This document shows, one piece after another, positions 1-13,086 of a stretch of DNA of 64,000 nucleotides (the stretch's first letter is position 1; every line of letters starts with the position of its first letter). The stretch comes from Eledone cirrhosa (taxonomy: Eukaryota). The position numbers were made by a program, and so were the translations under genes. The notes below the pieces were generated by a model, which was not told where the DNA came from, did no database searches, and saw only the letters and a list, made by a program, of their open reading frames with translations. The stretch covers positions 70,680,001 to 70,744,000 of the forward strand of contig OZ024740.1 of assembly GCA_964016885.1 (NCBI GenBank), in the 5' to 3' direction.

Positions 1-67
<67 letters not shown>

Positions 68-68
<1 letters not shown>

Positions 69-259
69 AGGAAAACAAATTGAAAATGCAACTGGAGGAT
101 TTCAGAAACACAAATCCTTATCTCAATTTTACTTTTAAAAATCATAAGAACTGTGAAACCGGTAAAGTAAATAAATGAATATTCTCAAAAGATTCCAGCT
201 GCATTTTCAATTTGTTTTCTTGTTGGGACATCTCTTTTTTTAAAAACAAAACTCATTTT

Positions 260-262
<3 letters not shown>
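68..262. mobile_element. Diverged fold-back remnant of the HHR-bearing repeat family also at 23480, 43393 and 53698
   Basis: AAAACAAATTGAAAATGCAACTGG is inverted against CCAGCTGCATTTTCAATTTGTTTT; GAAACCGGTAAAG is shared with 53933-53945; (TA)n on both sides. Confidence 0.65.
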
Positions 263-317
<55 letters not shown>

Positions 318-442
318 TGTATATATAGTGTATTTTGCAATACACTTTATGCTTAATTAAAAGCATTTTGAAGACTGTATGCTATTGTTTTAGAGTAGTG
401 ACAGACTCACTTACTTTAATTTCAGCAAACAGGGGGAGATAA

Positions 443-488
443 ATCTGACAAGGCCTTGTTTCTGCATTTATTGATGCTTATCAAAGCC
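443..488 (-). ncRNA. Type I hammerhead ribozyme, U3-A8 core variant (inverted copy of 761-806)
   Basis: Reverse complement reads GGCT TTGATAA GCAT-CAATAA-ATGC A GAAAC AAGGCCTT GTC AGAT. Confidence 0.7.
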
Positions 489-760
489 AAGTACTCCTCC
501 TGTCTGCTGAAATTACGGATGTTATTTTCTTATACAATTCTAGTAAATAATCAGGAACTGATTATACAGAGCGGTTGCCGGTCAAGCAGAAATTAAAAAT
601 TACAATTGGTGCTCTGAAATAGCCATATATATATGAATGTATATATAGTGTATTTTGCAATACACTTTATGCTTAATTAAAAGCATATTATTTACTGATT
701 ATTTACTAGAATTCTATAAGAAATTAACATCCGTAATTTCAGCAGACAGGAGGAGTACTT

Positions 761-806
761 GGCTTTGATAAGCATCAATAAATGCAGAAACAAGGCCTTG
801 TCAGCT
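761..806 (+). ncRNA. Type I hammerhead ribozyme, U3-A8 core variant
   Basis: GGCT TTGATAA GCAT-CAATAA-ATGC A GAAAC AAGGCCTT GTC AGCT; palindromic stem III; enclosed by the long stem AATTTCAGCAGACAGG/CCTGTTTGCTGAAATT. Confidence 0.8.
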
Positions 807-1196
807 TTATCTCCCCCTGTTTGCTGAAATTAAAGTAAGTGAGTCTGTCACTACTCTAAAACAATAGCATACGGTCTTCAAAATGCTTTTAATTAAGCAT
901 AAAGTGTATTGCAAAATACACTATATATACATTCATATATATATGGCTATTTCAGAGCACCAATTCTAATATATATATATATATACACACACATGCATAC
1001 GTATATATTGAATGTCTGCGTTACGAGGATCGGGAAAACCACAGATCAGAGTAGTATTCGATAAATGGAGGAATGCGGAGTGGATATATTAACATGGTAG
1101 AAATTCGAACGCCAACTCGGCTTGTAACTTCTACAAGCTTGAAGAGATTACAAGCTGAAACCGCCCGCGGTCGAGTCTCTAAAACATACTTCTATA

Positions 1197-2187
1197 TCTA
1201 CTTATATATATAACCAGCAATTTCTCTGTCTGTCTGTCCGACAGTGGAAACACGTGCGTAGAGAGAGAGTGAGAGTGAAAGAAAGAGACAGACCACGAGA
1301 GGGGGATAGCGGGAGGGAGAGAGGGAGAGAGAGAGAGTGAATAGACGCTAAAACCCGTGCTACAGAAACATTACCTTCCCCTCTCCACTGACTTTGGTCA
1401 CTGAGGCCGAGGGAATCGCTGGTTGCTATAGAGACACCTTGCACAAGCCAGAAGTAACCAGTTCGAGGCGGTTCTGACTTGACACCATGCGAAGAAGGTT
1501 TCCATTGAATTTGTGGTTTGAAGAAGGTTGCCATTGAATTTGTGGTTGTTGCTGCTAATAATAAGGACCATTTGAAGAAGGTTGCCATTGAATTTGTGGT
1601 TGTTGCTGCTGATAATAAGGACCATTTGAAGAAGGTTGCTGCTGATGAGGTAATTTATTAATCAGATTGTGCAGTTCCATAACCTACGTTTGATTTGTTC
1701 AATTTTTTTCTTCAATTTTTTTGTTGTTTTTTTTATTTCTTATTGAAAAAATATAAATAATAAAATAAGGTTAGAAATTTAAATACAATTAAATACGATT
1801 TAATTTCCATTTCCAGCAGCCAATGTCCAGTGTTCAATTTCATGAAAAAATTGGAAATAATTAAAAAAATTGAAGTTTAACTTTTGAACATTTGTTTTGA
1901 CAATAAAAACATATTTCCTTATTCACACGTAATGGTATGATTAAAATTTCATAGGAATATTTTTTTCTAACCGCCAGTTATTTATTTTCTCCTTTTTCGT
2001 TTTAACATATATTTATTTCAAAGATTTCACCGTATAGATAACATATATATTTATACATGCATAAAAGACACACCGAGAGACGGTGAACATGTGGTGCCGA
2101 AAACATTTCTCATCCAAATCTCAACAATATCAGTATATACACTAGATTTGCTAGCAGAAAACCGCCCACCGGGTGGTTTTCTGCTAG
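1197..2187 (+). mobile_element. Non-autonomous Helitron A
   Basis: 5' TC..TATATATA..(CTGT)n start; 3' hairpin ending in CTAG followed by T. Confidence 0.65.
1491..1645 (+). repeat. 54-bp minisatellite inside Helitron A
   Basis: Unit GAAGAAGGTTGCCATTGAATTTGTGGTTGTTGCTGCT(A/G)ATAATAAGGACCATTT, two full copies plus partials. Confidence 0.9.
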
Positions 2188-2676
2188 TCTATATATCTAA
2201 AACAGAGAATGTCTGTCTGTCTGTCTGTCTGTCCGATCACTAAAACTCGAGAACCACCCAACCGATTGTTTTCAAACGTTACACATGTAATACTTATGGT
2301 CATGTGAGTGTTTTGAAAAACGAATTTCAAATTTTCAATAGCCTAGGGACCGCATTAGGCGATTTAGCTATCTCACTCTATAATTCTTGGTCTTTCTCTT
2401 TTTAGATAGATACATAGATATAACGCTGCGCCCTTATAACATCTGTCTGTATGTCTGGCTGTCTGCATTACGTCATTATGACGCGGTGTGTGTGTGTGTG
2501 TATGTATATATATAGTGTGTATATATAAATATATATATATAATGTGTAACGTTTTTCGAAATATTTACTTCTGCGTTCACAGACTGATTTTTTTAGTTTC
2601 AGAAGATCCCGTTTAGGGTGGAAGCAGCGATTCTTTGCTTAAACTTTAATCTGTTATTTTTATATATTTTTATATA

Positions 2677-2771
<95 letters not shown>

Positions 2772-2977
2772 ACAGTTCAAGAGTAAACCAATCTTAAATA
2801 GGGAGATAGAGATAGGAGAGGAGAGATTGGTGAAGGTATTAGAAGCCAAAAGCCTAAAGACATGTGCTCAATGTGCAATATGCAGTCGGAAGCAGCTTAC
2901 AAACAATTGTAAACGGACATTATTATTCAAAACTTTAAACTGCAATTAATGTTGACACTCTTTAACTAACGTTTTCT

Positions 2978-3025
<48 letters not shown>

Positions 3026-3594
3026 GATAGAGAGACAGAGGAAGATTCAGAAAGAGAGAGATAGGCCGTTATACAGAGGAAGATACAATTAAAGTATTAT
3101 ATATTCAGAGAGAGAGAGAGAGTCTAGAAACGGCTTAAACTATAGATCGTCTGATCTATAGGAAGGTTCAACAATATTGCGTTAGCTTTTATAAAGTGGT
3201 CTTAGTCTTTGATTTTACATAACAAAAAAAAATTGATACTATTTGAAATGAATCTACCCTCCAGCTTTTATCCATATACTACTTACAGACAGTACTAACG
3301 AAGCAACACTTCAGAAGCAATGTTATGCGGTATATTGCTGTGTTTCAGCTGACGTCCTTTGGGAGGCTGAAAAAGATCATACTGACTATGGTTATTTCAC
3401 AACATTTAAAACCCAAGGCCAATACAACCATTTAATCGGCAGTTTACTCCCCCAGCCTAATAAGGAAGTTTTATGATTGTGTTTTTTTATGTCTCTCTCA
3501 CACACAGAAATTACGGTCTCACCTTATACCAGACAACACATCCAATACAGTCGTGTTCTCTCTTCTCCCGGGCGAAGCCGGGTACCTCAACTAG
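2188..3594 (+). mobile_element. Non-autonomous Helitron B
   Basis: 5' TCTATATATCTAAAAC..(GTCT)n; 3' hairpin CCCGG-GCGAAG-CCGGG at 3567-3582, then CTAG|T. Confidence 0.8.
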
Positions 3595-3609
3595 TATATA
3601 TATATATAC

Positions 3610-4193
<584 letters not shown>

Positions 4194-4819
4194 GAATAGT
4201 CGAGTATCGGAAAATCAGCTCACGAATTAACGATAAACAATATTCGATATGAGTGGCAGAGGGCTCAATAATTTGGATAAATCAGAGCTATAACTATCGT
4301 TAAATTACCAACACATAGAGATTATGCCTAAAATCGCCCGTACAGCCGAAAAAGAACGACCAGGAAGATTCGGGTCACTCAAATAAAATATCAATAAATC
4401 AATAAATTAAATGAATGTAAAAAACTTACCCGGACCCGCTAGAAGGGTGTTAAATCTAGCTTCTTGGGTTTCTGCAATTCCTTAATCCATTCGCTATCAG
4501 CCCACATAAAAAATATATAAGACTTCTAGAGAAGGAGTGGACCGGAAGAGCTTTATCAACGGGTTCCGTCCGATAATAAAGAAGTGACCTTTAGCCAGAC
4601 ACGCACATGGTGCCCAGCAAGGGAGATAACCTCTATATTAGCGAAAAAATTTTCGGTAATGTGGAAATCATGTAAGAATACAAAATATCACATATCGAAT
4701 CAGAGTGCTCAATAGACATGTTAAAATAAACAGGAGCTATTCATCAGTCAATAGAATCGACAAAAAATGTTCAATAAAATTAACTGGTCAATAGCTAGGT
4801 CTAGATATATATATATATA

Positions 4820-4932
4820 TAACGAAGGAAATGTGGTAAGGAACCAGGTGGACCATGACGCACCAAAGTACTCAATACTTGGGGTAGTAGAGTGGGTAAT
4901 AGGAACCAGTAAGACCCCGACGGCTGAGCCTG
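4820..4932 (-). mobile_element. 3' terminus of a repeat family also at 32370-32570, 52345-52450 and 61755-61950
   Basis: Shared AACGAAGGAAATGTGGTAAGGAACCAG..GTACTCAATACTT..GTAGAGTGGGTAATAGGAAC abutting (TA)n. Confidence 0.8.
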
Positions 4933-5059
4933 GTTAAATCTGGAACGACGGAAATATATGAGAAAGACACGAATGACTATGGGATTTGCATCTAGAAAGT
5001 TTCCCTTCCGGACAAGATTGTTTGCGGAAGACCAGCGGCCGCTCATGTAGCTAGTTTCC

Positions 5060-5205
5060 TCTCTCCACGCCACCGATGGCGTCCAAGAGATATGCAATGG
5101 CCGATACAGCTGGGCACTCGTGTCGTCGCAACACATTCGCATAGCTGAGTAAACTGGAGTACCGTGAAATATTGTGTCTTGCTCAAGCTCACAACGCATC
5201 ACCTA
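5060..5205 (-). mobile_element. SINE fragment (family of 52116)
   Basis: Reverse complement GATGCGTTGTGAGCTTGAGCAAGACACAATATTTCACG..CTCCAGTTTACTCAGCT. Confidence 0.65.
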
Positions 5206-5257
5206 GAAGCGATTGTAAGCCTTCACGCACACACACACACTTTCTCTCTCTCTCTCT

Positions 5258-5316
<59 letters not shown>

Positions 5317-6186
5317 CTATATTATCTTTGCACAAAAACACCTTTTATCACACTGAAATAACTTCCAGATAATTAACCCCTATTCGTTTATTTAGATACC
5401 AACGCAACCAACGTATTCATTCATATCCATTCTAAGTATACCCCTAAACTGTGTCAAATAATAATCTGAAAAAAGTTCGTAAGGCACTGAACCTAATCTA
5501 CTTTCAGGTGAATAGAGCGATCCTTGTTTAATATTTGGGTTGTTTAGAGAAGGAGGTGTTTAATTGTTCGTATAGGTTATTATCGACTATACGAAGATTG
5601 TTTGAATGATGACCTTGTCGCGACTCAGAGCGCATGCGTTCTTATCGCGTCTTCAGTCAGAAGTTTTTCTGTCTAATTGTGCGAACATTCTTTTTCAATC
5701 ATTCGCTTTTTTCTGTTTCTTCTCTATCTTTTTCGTTTCCTTATTGCCTTTTATATTGTACAGTTTATATTTTCTCCTTTATTTTTTTTAAATGTCAATA
5801 AAAATGTTGGCAATGTGTAAAAAAGAAAGGAAATCTTTCAAAATGTTTTCTACTCTCACAAATACCCATACCAGCTTTTGCAAACATTTCCCTTGTTGTT
5901 TGGATATTTTGAGAAATAATGAAAAGATTCCATAAAGGAATGAAATAATAGTAATGGCCTCTTTTATGAAGTTACGGTTCTGTAAACTAGCTCAGTCGTT
6001 CTTAATCTTTTTTGTTCCGTGCTTCAACACACCACCTCATATCATTAATGCCAACGCCTTCAATATAAAAATGCGTTTGGCGTTAAAAAGATATATTTGA
6101 AAAAATATATAAAAATTGCAGCCACGTTTAGCGTCTGCCGCACAGTCAGAATCCCTGAGTAAGAGATAGATATACAGGCTCAGAAA

Positions 6187-6332
6187 TGGCTGCGTGGGGA
6201 AGGAATTCGCTTTGTAACTATGTTGTTTCGTGTTCAGTCCCACTACGTGACACCTTGTCTGTCATCTAAAACCTCATATTCATCAATGCTTTGTGAAGGA
6301 ATGTAGTAGAAGGAAGTTGCAGAAACTCACCG
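6187..6332 (+). mobile_element. tRNA-derived SINE (third family; reverse copies near 10240, 17120, 25735 and 48280)
   Basis: TGGCTGCGTGG A-box-like and GTTCAGTCCC B-box-like motifs; (CA)n tail. Confidence 0.6.
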
Positions 6333-6340
6333 CGCGCGCA

Positions 6341-6422
<82 letters not shown>

Positions 6423-6491
6423 TATGAAGAGAGAAGAAACATTTAGATATAATTAGTAATAAAATGTATCATACCTAAACTGCTCCTAAAT

Positions 6492-6579
6492 TCCTCGACT
6501 ACGTAGTTTCGTGGCATAAACAAAAACAATATATCAAAGATATAGAGTCCTTGCGAGGTCTGCCGACTTATCAAGAGGA
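6492..6579 (-). ncRNA. Type I hammerhead ribozyme, U3-A8 core, long stem II
   Basis: TCCTC TTGATAA GTCGGCA...TGCCAC GAAAC TACGTA GTC GAGGA. Confidence 0.82.
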
Positions 6580-7084
6580 TACCTCATTTTACTAGTCTCA
6601 AGAACGCGTCTACACGACGTGAGAAAGAATCCCAAAAGGCGGAGGGGGAGATAGTCACGCGATATAACGGTCGAGAAACAGAGCTAAGCCTCTTATAACC
6701 ACGAAGAAAATACCACGGAGGCGGAGGGGGTATTCATATCGAGGCCGTAGAAGAGGTGGTGAAGAAGGCGAGAAGTATGAGTAATGGAAGCTTTCCAGTT
6801 GTCCCCACACTTCAAAGATTGCTCGACCAGAGGGAGTTATTAACAATATATTTAGAAACACACAGATACATGCGGACACACACATATATACATGAATGCA
6901 TCCGCACCCAACTGTGAGTTAAGGGTGCCAACTTCACCGATGTTGCTCAATGAATGACTGGGACAGACCAATTCAGTTGAACTAGACTGAACCAGTATCA
7001 GAGTTAAAAATACATTATGAAGAGAGAAGAAACATTTAGATATAATTAGTAATAAAATGTATCATACCTAAACTGCTCCTAAAT

Positions 7085-7172
7085 TCCTCGACTACGTAGT
7101 TTCGTGGCATAAACAAAAACAATATATCAAAGATATAGAGTCCTTGCGAGGTCTGCCGACTTATCAAGAGGA
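7085..7172 (-). ncRNA. Type I hammerhead ribozyme, second copy of 6492-6579
   Basis: Same sequence 593 nt away in the tandem pLTR. Confidence 0.82.
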
Positions 7173-7444
7173 TACCTCATTTTACTAGTCTCAAGAACGC
7201 GTCTACACGACGTGAGAAAGAATCCCAAAAGGCGGAGGGGGAGATAGTCACGCGATATAACGGTCGAGAAACAGAGCTAAGCCTCTTATAACCACGAAGA
7301 AAATACCACGGAGGCGGAGGGGGTATTCATATCGAGGCCGTAGAAGAGGTGGTGAAGAAGGCGAGAAGTATGAGTAATGGAAGCTTTCCAGTTGTCCCCA
7401 CACTTCAAAGATTGCTCGACCAGAGGGAGTTATTAACAATATAT

Positions 7445-9625
7445 TTAGAAACACACAGATACATGCGGACACACACATATATACATGAATGCATCCGCAC
7501 CCAACTGTGAGTGGGCCAGTTGGATATCTAGTCCCTCTCGTCTGATAGCTCTGCGGGTGGCTGTTGTTGTTTCTTCACTGAAGTGTGGGAGCTTCAGGAA
7601 GCAAGTGTTAGTGCCTCGGGTGTGGTGTCCTCTGTTCTTTCTGGCACGGTTTGTGGTGGATGTCGTGTATCCGTTCAGTTTGAGTACTCCCAGGAAATGT
7701 GTGGTGTGTGTTTCTCGGTCTCTAGCGTCAGTGCATTTGTTCTGGATACGTGCCAGTTCGTTCCTTATGTATCCGAACTTGGCACCGAGTGGGAGGGCCG
7801 ATCTGAAATGTACGAACAGGTCCCTGCTGGCGGCTTTTTTATAGAAGCAGGTGTGGATGTTGCCTTCCTCTGTTACCCTGAGTTGGAAGTCCAGTAGGGA
7901 TAGGGATCCGCGGTCATCGGGGTGTTCCATGCTGAACTTTATACTGGCGTCCATGCTGGAGAATGTTGTGTATATTTTATCTGCCTCCTCACGGGATGAT
8001 GTAAGGATGAGTATATCATCTACATATCGGGTGAAGAAGGTATGGGAATGGCAGATGTTGAGGGCTCGGCATTCTAGCTGGTTCATGTAGGTGATGGCCA
8101 GCAGGCTCGATAGGCTGGATCCCATGGGTAATCCTGTTGTCTGTCTGTATGTGTGGTGGTGGAAGGTGAAGTACGTGTTGTCTACTGTGAAGGACAAAAG
8201 CTGGTGTATGTCGTAACAGTGGATGTCCTCTGCGACCACGCAGTCCGTCAATAAATCGACAGCTGGATGAGCGGGGACTGTAGAGTAGATGGAGACAACG
8301 TCGTGGCTAAAGGCGTAACTATTTAGTTTAAGTTGTTCTGGCTGGAGTTGGTGTAGTCTACGTATAACTTCGTCGGAGCTACTGTCATGCCCGGGAAAGG
8401 TGGAGAGTAGAGGAGCCAGGAAATTTTGTATAGGGGTCCTTCTATGCTAGAGACGATGGGTCTTATTTGCGTATTAGTGCTATTCTTGTGGGTCTTGATG
8501 AGATGGTAGAAAGTGGGCAGTCTGCTATTTCTAGTGGTGTAGTTGAGCTTAACTTTATTTGGGAGTTGTCTTCTCCTACAGATATCGAACCAGATGGAGT
8601 TGGTCTGTTTTTCGATCTGGGCTGCAGTCATGTCCGGGATCTCTGTGTATAATTCATTGTCGCTTAGGTGTTCAAAAGATAGGTTGTTGTATGTGGCTTG
8701 AGAGATGACGCAAAACTCTTTACCTTTGTCGGATGGTAAGTATATAAGTTCCCTATTCCGTAGGTTCTTCAGGGCGTGTTGTTGTGTCCTGGAGAGGTTT
8801 GGGGCTATCTTCTTCTGTTTCCGTAAGATGTTAGATACGGAATGTTTTAGCCTCGAGAGTTTTTCTTCAACCTCGCGGTTGGCAGGCAGTGGACAGTGGG
8901 CGATCCAGTTGGTATATCGGGAATCTGGGTTTGATAGATTCCGTGGTGTTGTTGCCGAGAGTCGATATCCATTTTAGTTGGTAGGCAGCCCGACAGAAAT
9001 TCGTTTCTATGTCGAGCCATAATTTGTCGTCCAGTCTCTGTTTAAATATGAACTTGGGACCCAGGCTGAGGAGGTCTAATTCCTCTCGGGAGAGGGATCC
9101 TGTCAAGTCTGTGACGAGGTGTTTTGCGTCAGGTATGTTGTTGGTCGGGGCGCCGCTAGGTTCGGTGTTGGTACCGTCTTGTTCGCCTCTGTTGGTGTTT
9201 AGAGTTGGGATGTTGTTAAGACAGTTGGCCGTCCTGAGTTTGAGAAATTTTTGCGTTAGACGTATTTTCTCGTAGTCTCGGCGATGGTGGTATGACCTGT
9301 CTATAGTGGCGGAGATGACTCTGGACAGAGGTTCTGGGGTTTCAGCGAGTTGTGGTACAAGGCTGGAAATAGTCCGTATGTGTTGTTGTAGCGTGCGGTG
9401 TAGGTGTTGTATGAGTTTTCTTCGGCAGAATTTTTGTATGTAACTAAGTGATCGTTTGAGGCCTGGTGATTTGAAGCATGTTGGTAGGTGCAAATTTTTG
9501 ATAGTTTTGGGGATGATGTTGTTATTCAGGCATCGTTTTAGGAAGTTTATTTGGCAGCCGGCTTTGGCGTGCTTTTCAGATAGCTGGAAGAGTTTCTTTA
9601 CAGTTGTGAACTGGGCCTGGCTCAG
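7445..9625 (-). pseudogene. PLE reverse transcriptase, frameshifted
   Basis: PLE RT motifs QTTGLPMGS, TRYVDDILI and LFVHFRSALP; N-terminal FLKRCLNNNIIPK. Confidence 0.9.
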
Positions 9626-9969
9626 GCGTAAGGAAATATATATATATGAATATTTTCATTTATCTTTCAAACGTATCAAAAGAAAAAGCTTTTTTATTTC
9701 CAGAATGAATTTTTTTCAGATTTATATTTTAAAAAAGATAAAAGATAAATGTACCTCCGCCGTTTTTGACAATGTGCGTACCAGTCGTTTGGGTAACTGA
9801 ACGGCTTACTCTTCAAATTAACATGTAGGTGGTTGAGACACATGTACCCTTAACTTAATTCTCAGGGAGACTCGGTGAATGTTTCCAGACTGGTCCTTTA
9901 AGTTACTGGTACATTTCATCCAACAAGCTTCCAGACATTTTCTATCTACCTAATTTCCCGAACGAAGGT

Positions 9970-10235
9970 GCATGGCTTTGTGGTTAGAGAATTCGTCTCA
10001 GGACTTTACGATCACATTGCTTCAGTTCACTCAGCTGGCAAAAATGAGTTGTAACCTTAATTCGAAAAGCCTGCCTTGTCACATTCTATGTCACACTGAA
10101 TCTCCCAGAGAATTCTGTTAAGAGCACGCTCGTTTGTGGAATGCTCAGCCACTTGCACGTTAATTTCACGCGCAGACTATTCCGTAGGTCGTATATATTA
10201 GAAAACTCGTCGTCGTAACCGACAGAGTGCCACTA
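9970..10235 (+). mobile_element. tRNA-derived SINE (family of 52116/54310)
   Basis: CATGGCTTTGTGGTTAGAG head; CAGTTCACTCAGCTGGCAAAAATGAGTTGTA core matches 54408-54440. Confidence 0.65.
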
Positions 10236-11369
10236 CTAAATTTCACTAACAGGTCTTACGATAACCCGTGACTATGGTAGAAGACATCTACCCAGTATGT
10301 CAATCAGTAAAACCGATCCCAGAACTTCTTAACCATTCGACCATGCTGCGTCCCTTTCAAAATTATACCGCGATACAAATTGGGTCACAACTTATAGAGT
10401 GAGAACGGCTTATATAAAGTTTTGTATTTTTGTGTTTCTAGAGAAATGAAGCTAAGCAGCCCAATAGCTTTTACTTGAGTGGGGTAAAAAACTCTCAGGA
10501 TAGCTGGACAGCAGGTCTTCAGGGGAAAAAACCCTCCCCCAAGCAAATGTTTCGACCCTTGTTGGTTTTGGTGTTGGTGTTGGCGCTTTTGGTGCTGGTG
10601 TTGGTGTTGGTGCGGGTGTTATTGGTGGGAGCGTTTTGGATGTTAGTGGAGACGATGGTGTTGTTGTTGACAGTTGTGGCGGTGTTGTTGGTGGTGATGA
10701 TGATGTTGGTATTGGTAGTATTGGCGGTGTTGTTGGCGGTGACAGTATTGTTGGTGTTGGCAGTTTTGGCAGTGTTGTTTGTGTTGGTTTAGAGTTACCG
10801 TTATCATGACTGTTGTTGTTTCATTATCAGTCCTGATCTAACAGACATGATCAAAGACGTTCTAGCCATGACCATCCCATTGTTTTTTTTTTCAGACAAT
10901 GTATTTATTGTATTTTGAATGACATTCGACTTGGCTGCTATTTCTAGCAGTTCGAACGACCCGGTCGAATCTTCTTCTTTGGCTGGCTTCTTAGCTGATA
11001 TTTTACAGAAGGTGGCAATGTTTACTAATTAATGAGGTTCCTTAACCTGAATATAAGTTTCCATGCGTGAAGAAAACGATGGCGGGAATCTTGAGGGACG
11101 TAATTATCCCCAGTTTTATTTGTGAATGAATACAAAATACAATATTTAATGATAGACCTTTTGAAGAAAATAATAATGAGACAGAATGTGAGTAGTGAAA
11201 CTATAACCATGTAGCAGACCGAAATAGAAACTGACAATATGTGCTACGACTACATGACTGGTGAAAATAAGAAAAGATTGAACTACTTTGGTGCTAATCT
11301 GCAAAAACCCGACAAAAGTATACGCGCAACTGTTAAATGAATACCTATATGTGATATTTGGTTACGGTT

Positions 11370-12495
11370 CGTTACGTTCTAAGTTCAAATCCCGCTAAGG
11401 TCAAATTTACCGTCCATCCTGTCTGGGTTATTAAATTTGCAAATGAAAAAAAAAATGCGAAAGCAGGATTAAAAAATTGTACATATTTTCGCTAAGACGC
11501 TATATACTGAAAAATGTCTGATTTTTGTAAGTCAAATTTGGTCGTGCAGTAAGACACAGAACAATGTGATTTATGATATAAAGTATACATATAGAGTTAA
11601 ATGAATACATATATGCGGTATTTGATCACAGCTGAGTTTAAATCTCGCCGAGGTTAACTTCGCTTTTTCATCTTTCAGAAGTCAATAAAATTATGTATCA
11701 GTCAAGTACTGGCGTCGATATAATCGACTATACCAGACATCAATTAGTCATGCGTAGGAATGGCAGTATCGGTAGAGGATCTGGCGCCATGCTTTGCAGC
11801 AAAGAGTTACGGCCCTTTATGGTCTGAGTTCAAATCCCGCCGTGGTTAACTTTACTTTTCATCCTTACGGGGTCGATAAAGTAAAGTACTAGTAATACAC
11901 TGGGGTAATTGCTGGCCTTGTGCCAAAAGTAGAAACAATTATTTTCCTCACTATTGTGTATGACAATCAAGAATGCATTTCGTCACTGCTTTCTTGTGCT
12001 ATTTAAACACTTATAAATAATGGTCAAGGCAAGCACCCTAGTGATTAGAGTGTTGTATTCACGACCCTAAGTATATGCTTTGTTGCATAGAGTTACGGCC
12101 CTTTACATTCTGACTTCAAATCTCGCCGAGGTTTGCTTTGCCTTTTATCCTTACGGGGTCTATAAAATAAAGTACCAGAAACACACTGAGGTCGATATAA
12201 TCGACTTAGGCTTGCTTCCAAAATTGTTGGCTTTGTGCCTAAATCAGAAATTATTATATAGGCCATTAGAGGGTGGTGGATTGGCAGTATCAGTAGAGGG
12301 TCGGACAATATGCTTTGTGGCATATAGTTACAGCCCTTTACGTTCTGCGTTCAAATCCCGCCGAAGCTTACTTTGCCTTTTATTCTTACGGGGTCGATAA
12401 AATAAAGAACCAGTAACACACTGTAGTCGATTTAATTGACTCCCTCCCAAAATAGTTGGCCGTGTGTCTATGTCAGAATCTTTTATTATTATATA
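11370..12495 (+). mobile_element. Cluster of about 5 same-orientation copies of a tRNA-derived SINE (family of 55426)
   Basis: TGGCAGTATCGG A box, GTTCAAATCC B box, central TTTCATCCTTACGGGGTCGATAAA(A)TAAAGTACCAG, ATT-type tail. Confidence 0.85.
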
Positions 12496-12990
12496 GGACA
12501 CTATGACTGTTATTAAGTAGGTGTTGAATATAGGAAGTCTAGGAGTGCATCATATACCTACCTCGTGAGGAGTTTTATCTCTTTACCCTCTTTGAGCCGT
12601 ACAATATATTATTTATGCAACTTTCCTTTCATTATATCGTGATAATTTCATACAGGAAATTACGTGTCATTTCATTGTTTGTTTTAAAAGTGTCCTTCGT
12701 TCAAATACAGAGAGAGAGAGAGAGATTCACACACTCACACATACACACATACAGACACACACACATATGTATATATATATATATATATATATAAAGAAAA
12801 TGAGAGAGATACAAGCTGCCTTACACAATCCTGTACATATAGTACATATATAATTATATAAAAACTCGACTTCAGTATGCAAGATACATTTACATACATG
12901 CATACATACATACCCACACATACACACACAGATACACACAGACACATACACACACGCACATACTCACACACATATACGCTCTCATAAATG

Positions 12991-13086
<96 letters not shown>

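Larger units (their letters stand above)
313..968. mobile_element. Non-coding HHR element, 320-nt unit, partial tandem on - strand fused to an inverted + copy (retrozyme/pLTR-like)
   Basis: 313-366 is repeated at 633-686; about 690-968 is the reverse complement of the unit; flanked by (TA)n. Confidence 0.8.
6419..9632 (-). mobile_element. Penelope-like retroelement 1 (RT, endonuclease missing) with two tandem 3' pseudo-LTRs
   Basis: Frameshifted ORF pieces 8867-9493, 8323-8631 and 7445-8251 with PTFYHLIKTHK..IRPIVS, GLPMGSSLS, RYVDD and SLSLLD; 6419-6918 matches 7012-7511; TA runs at both ends. Confidence 0.92.

Noticed and set aside
10475-10792. 105-aa hydrophobic ORF resembling a membrane protein
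   Set aside because: Degenerate (GTT/GGT)n repeat with no other gene evidence
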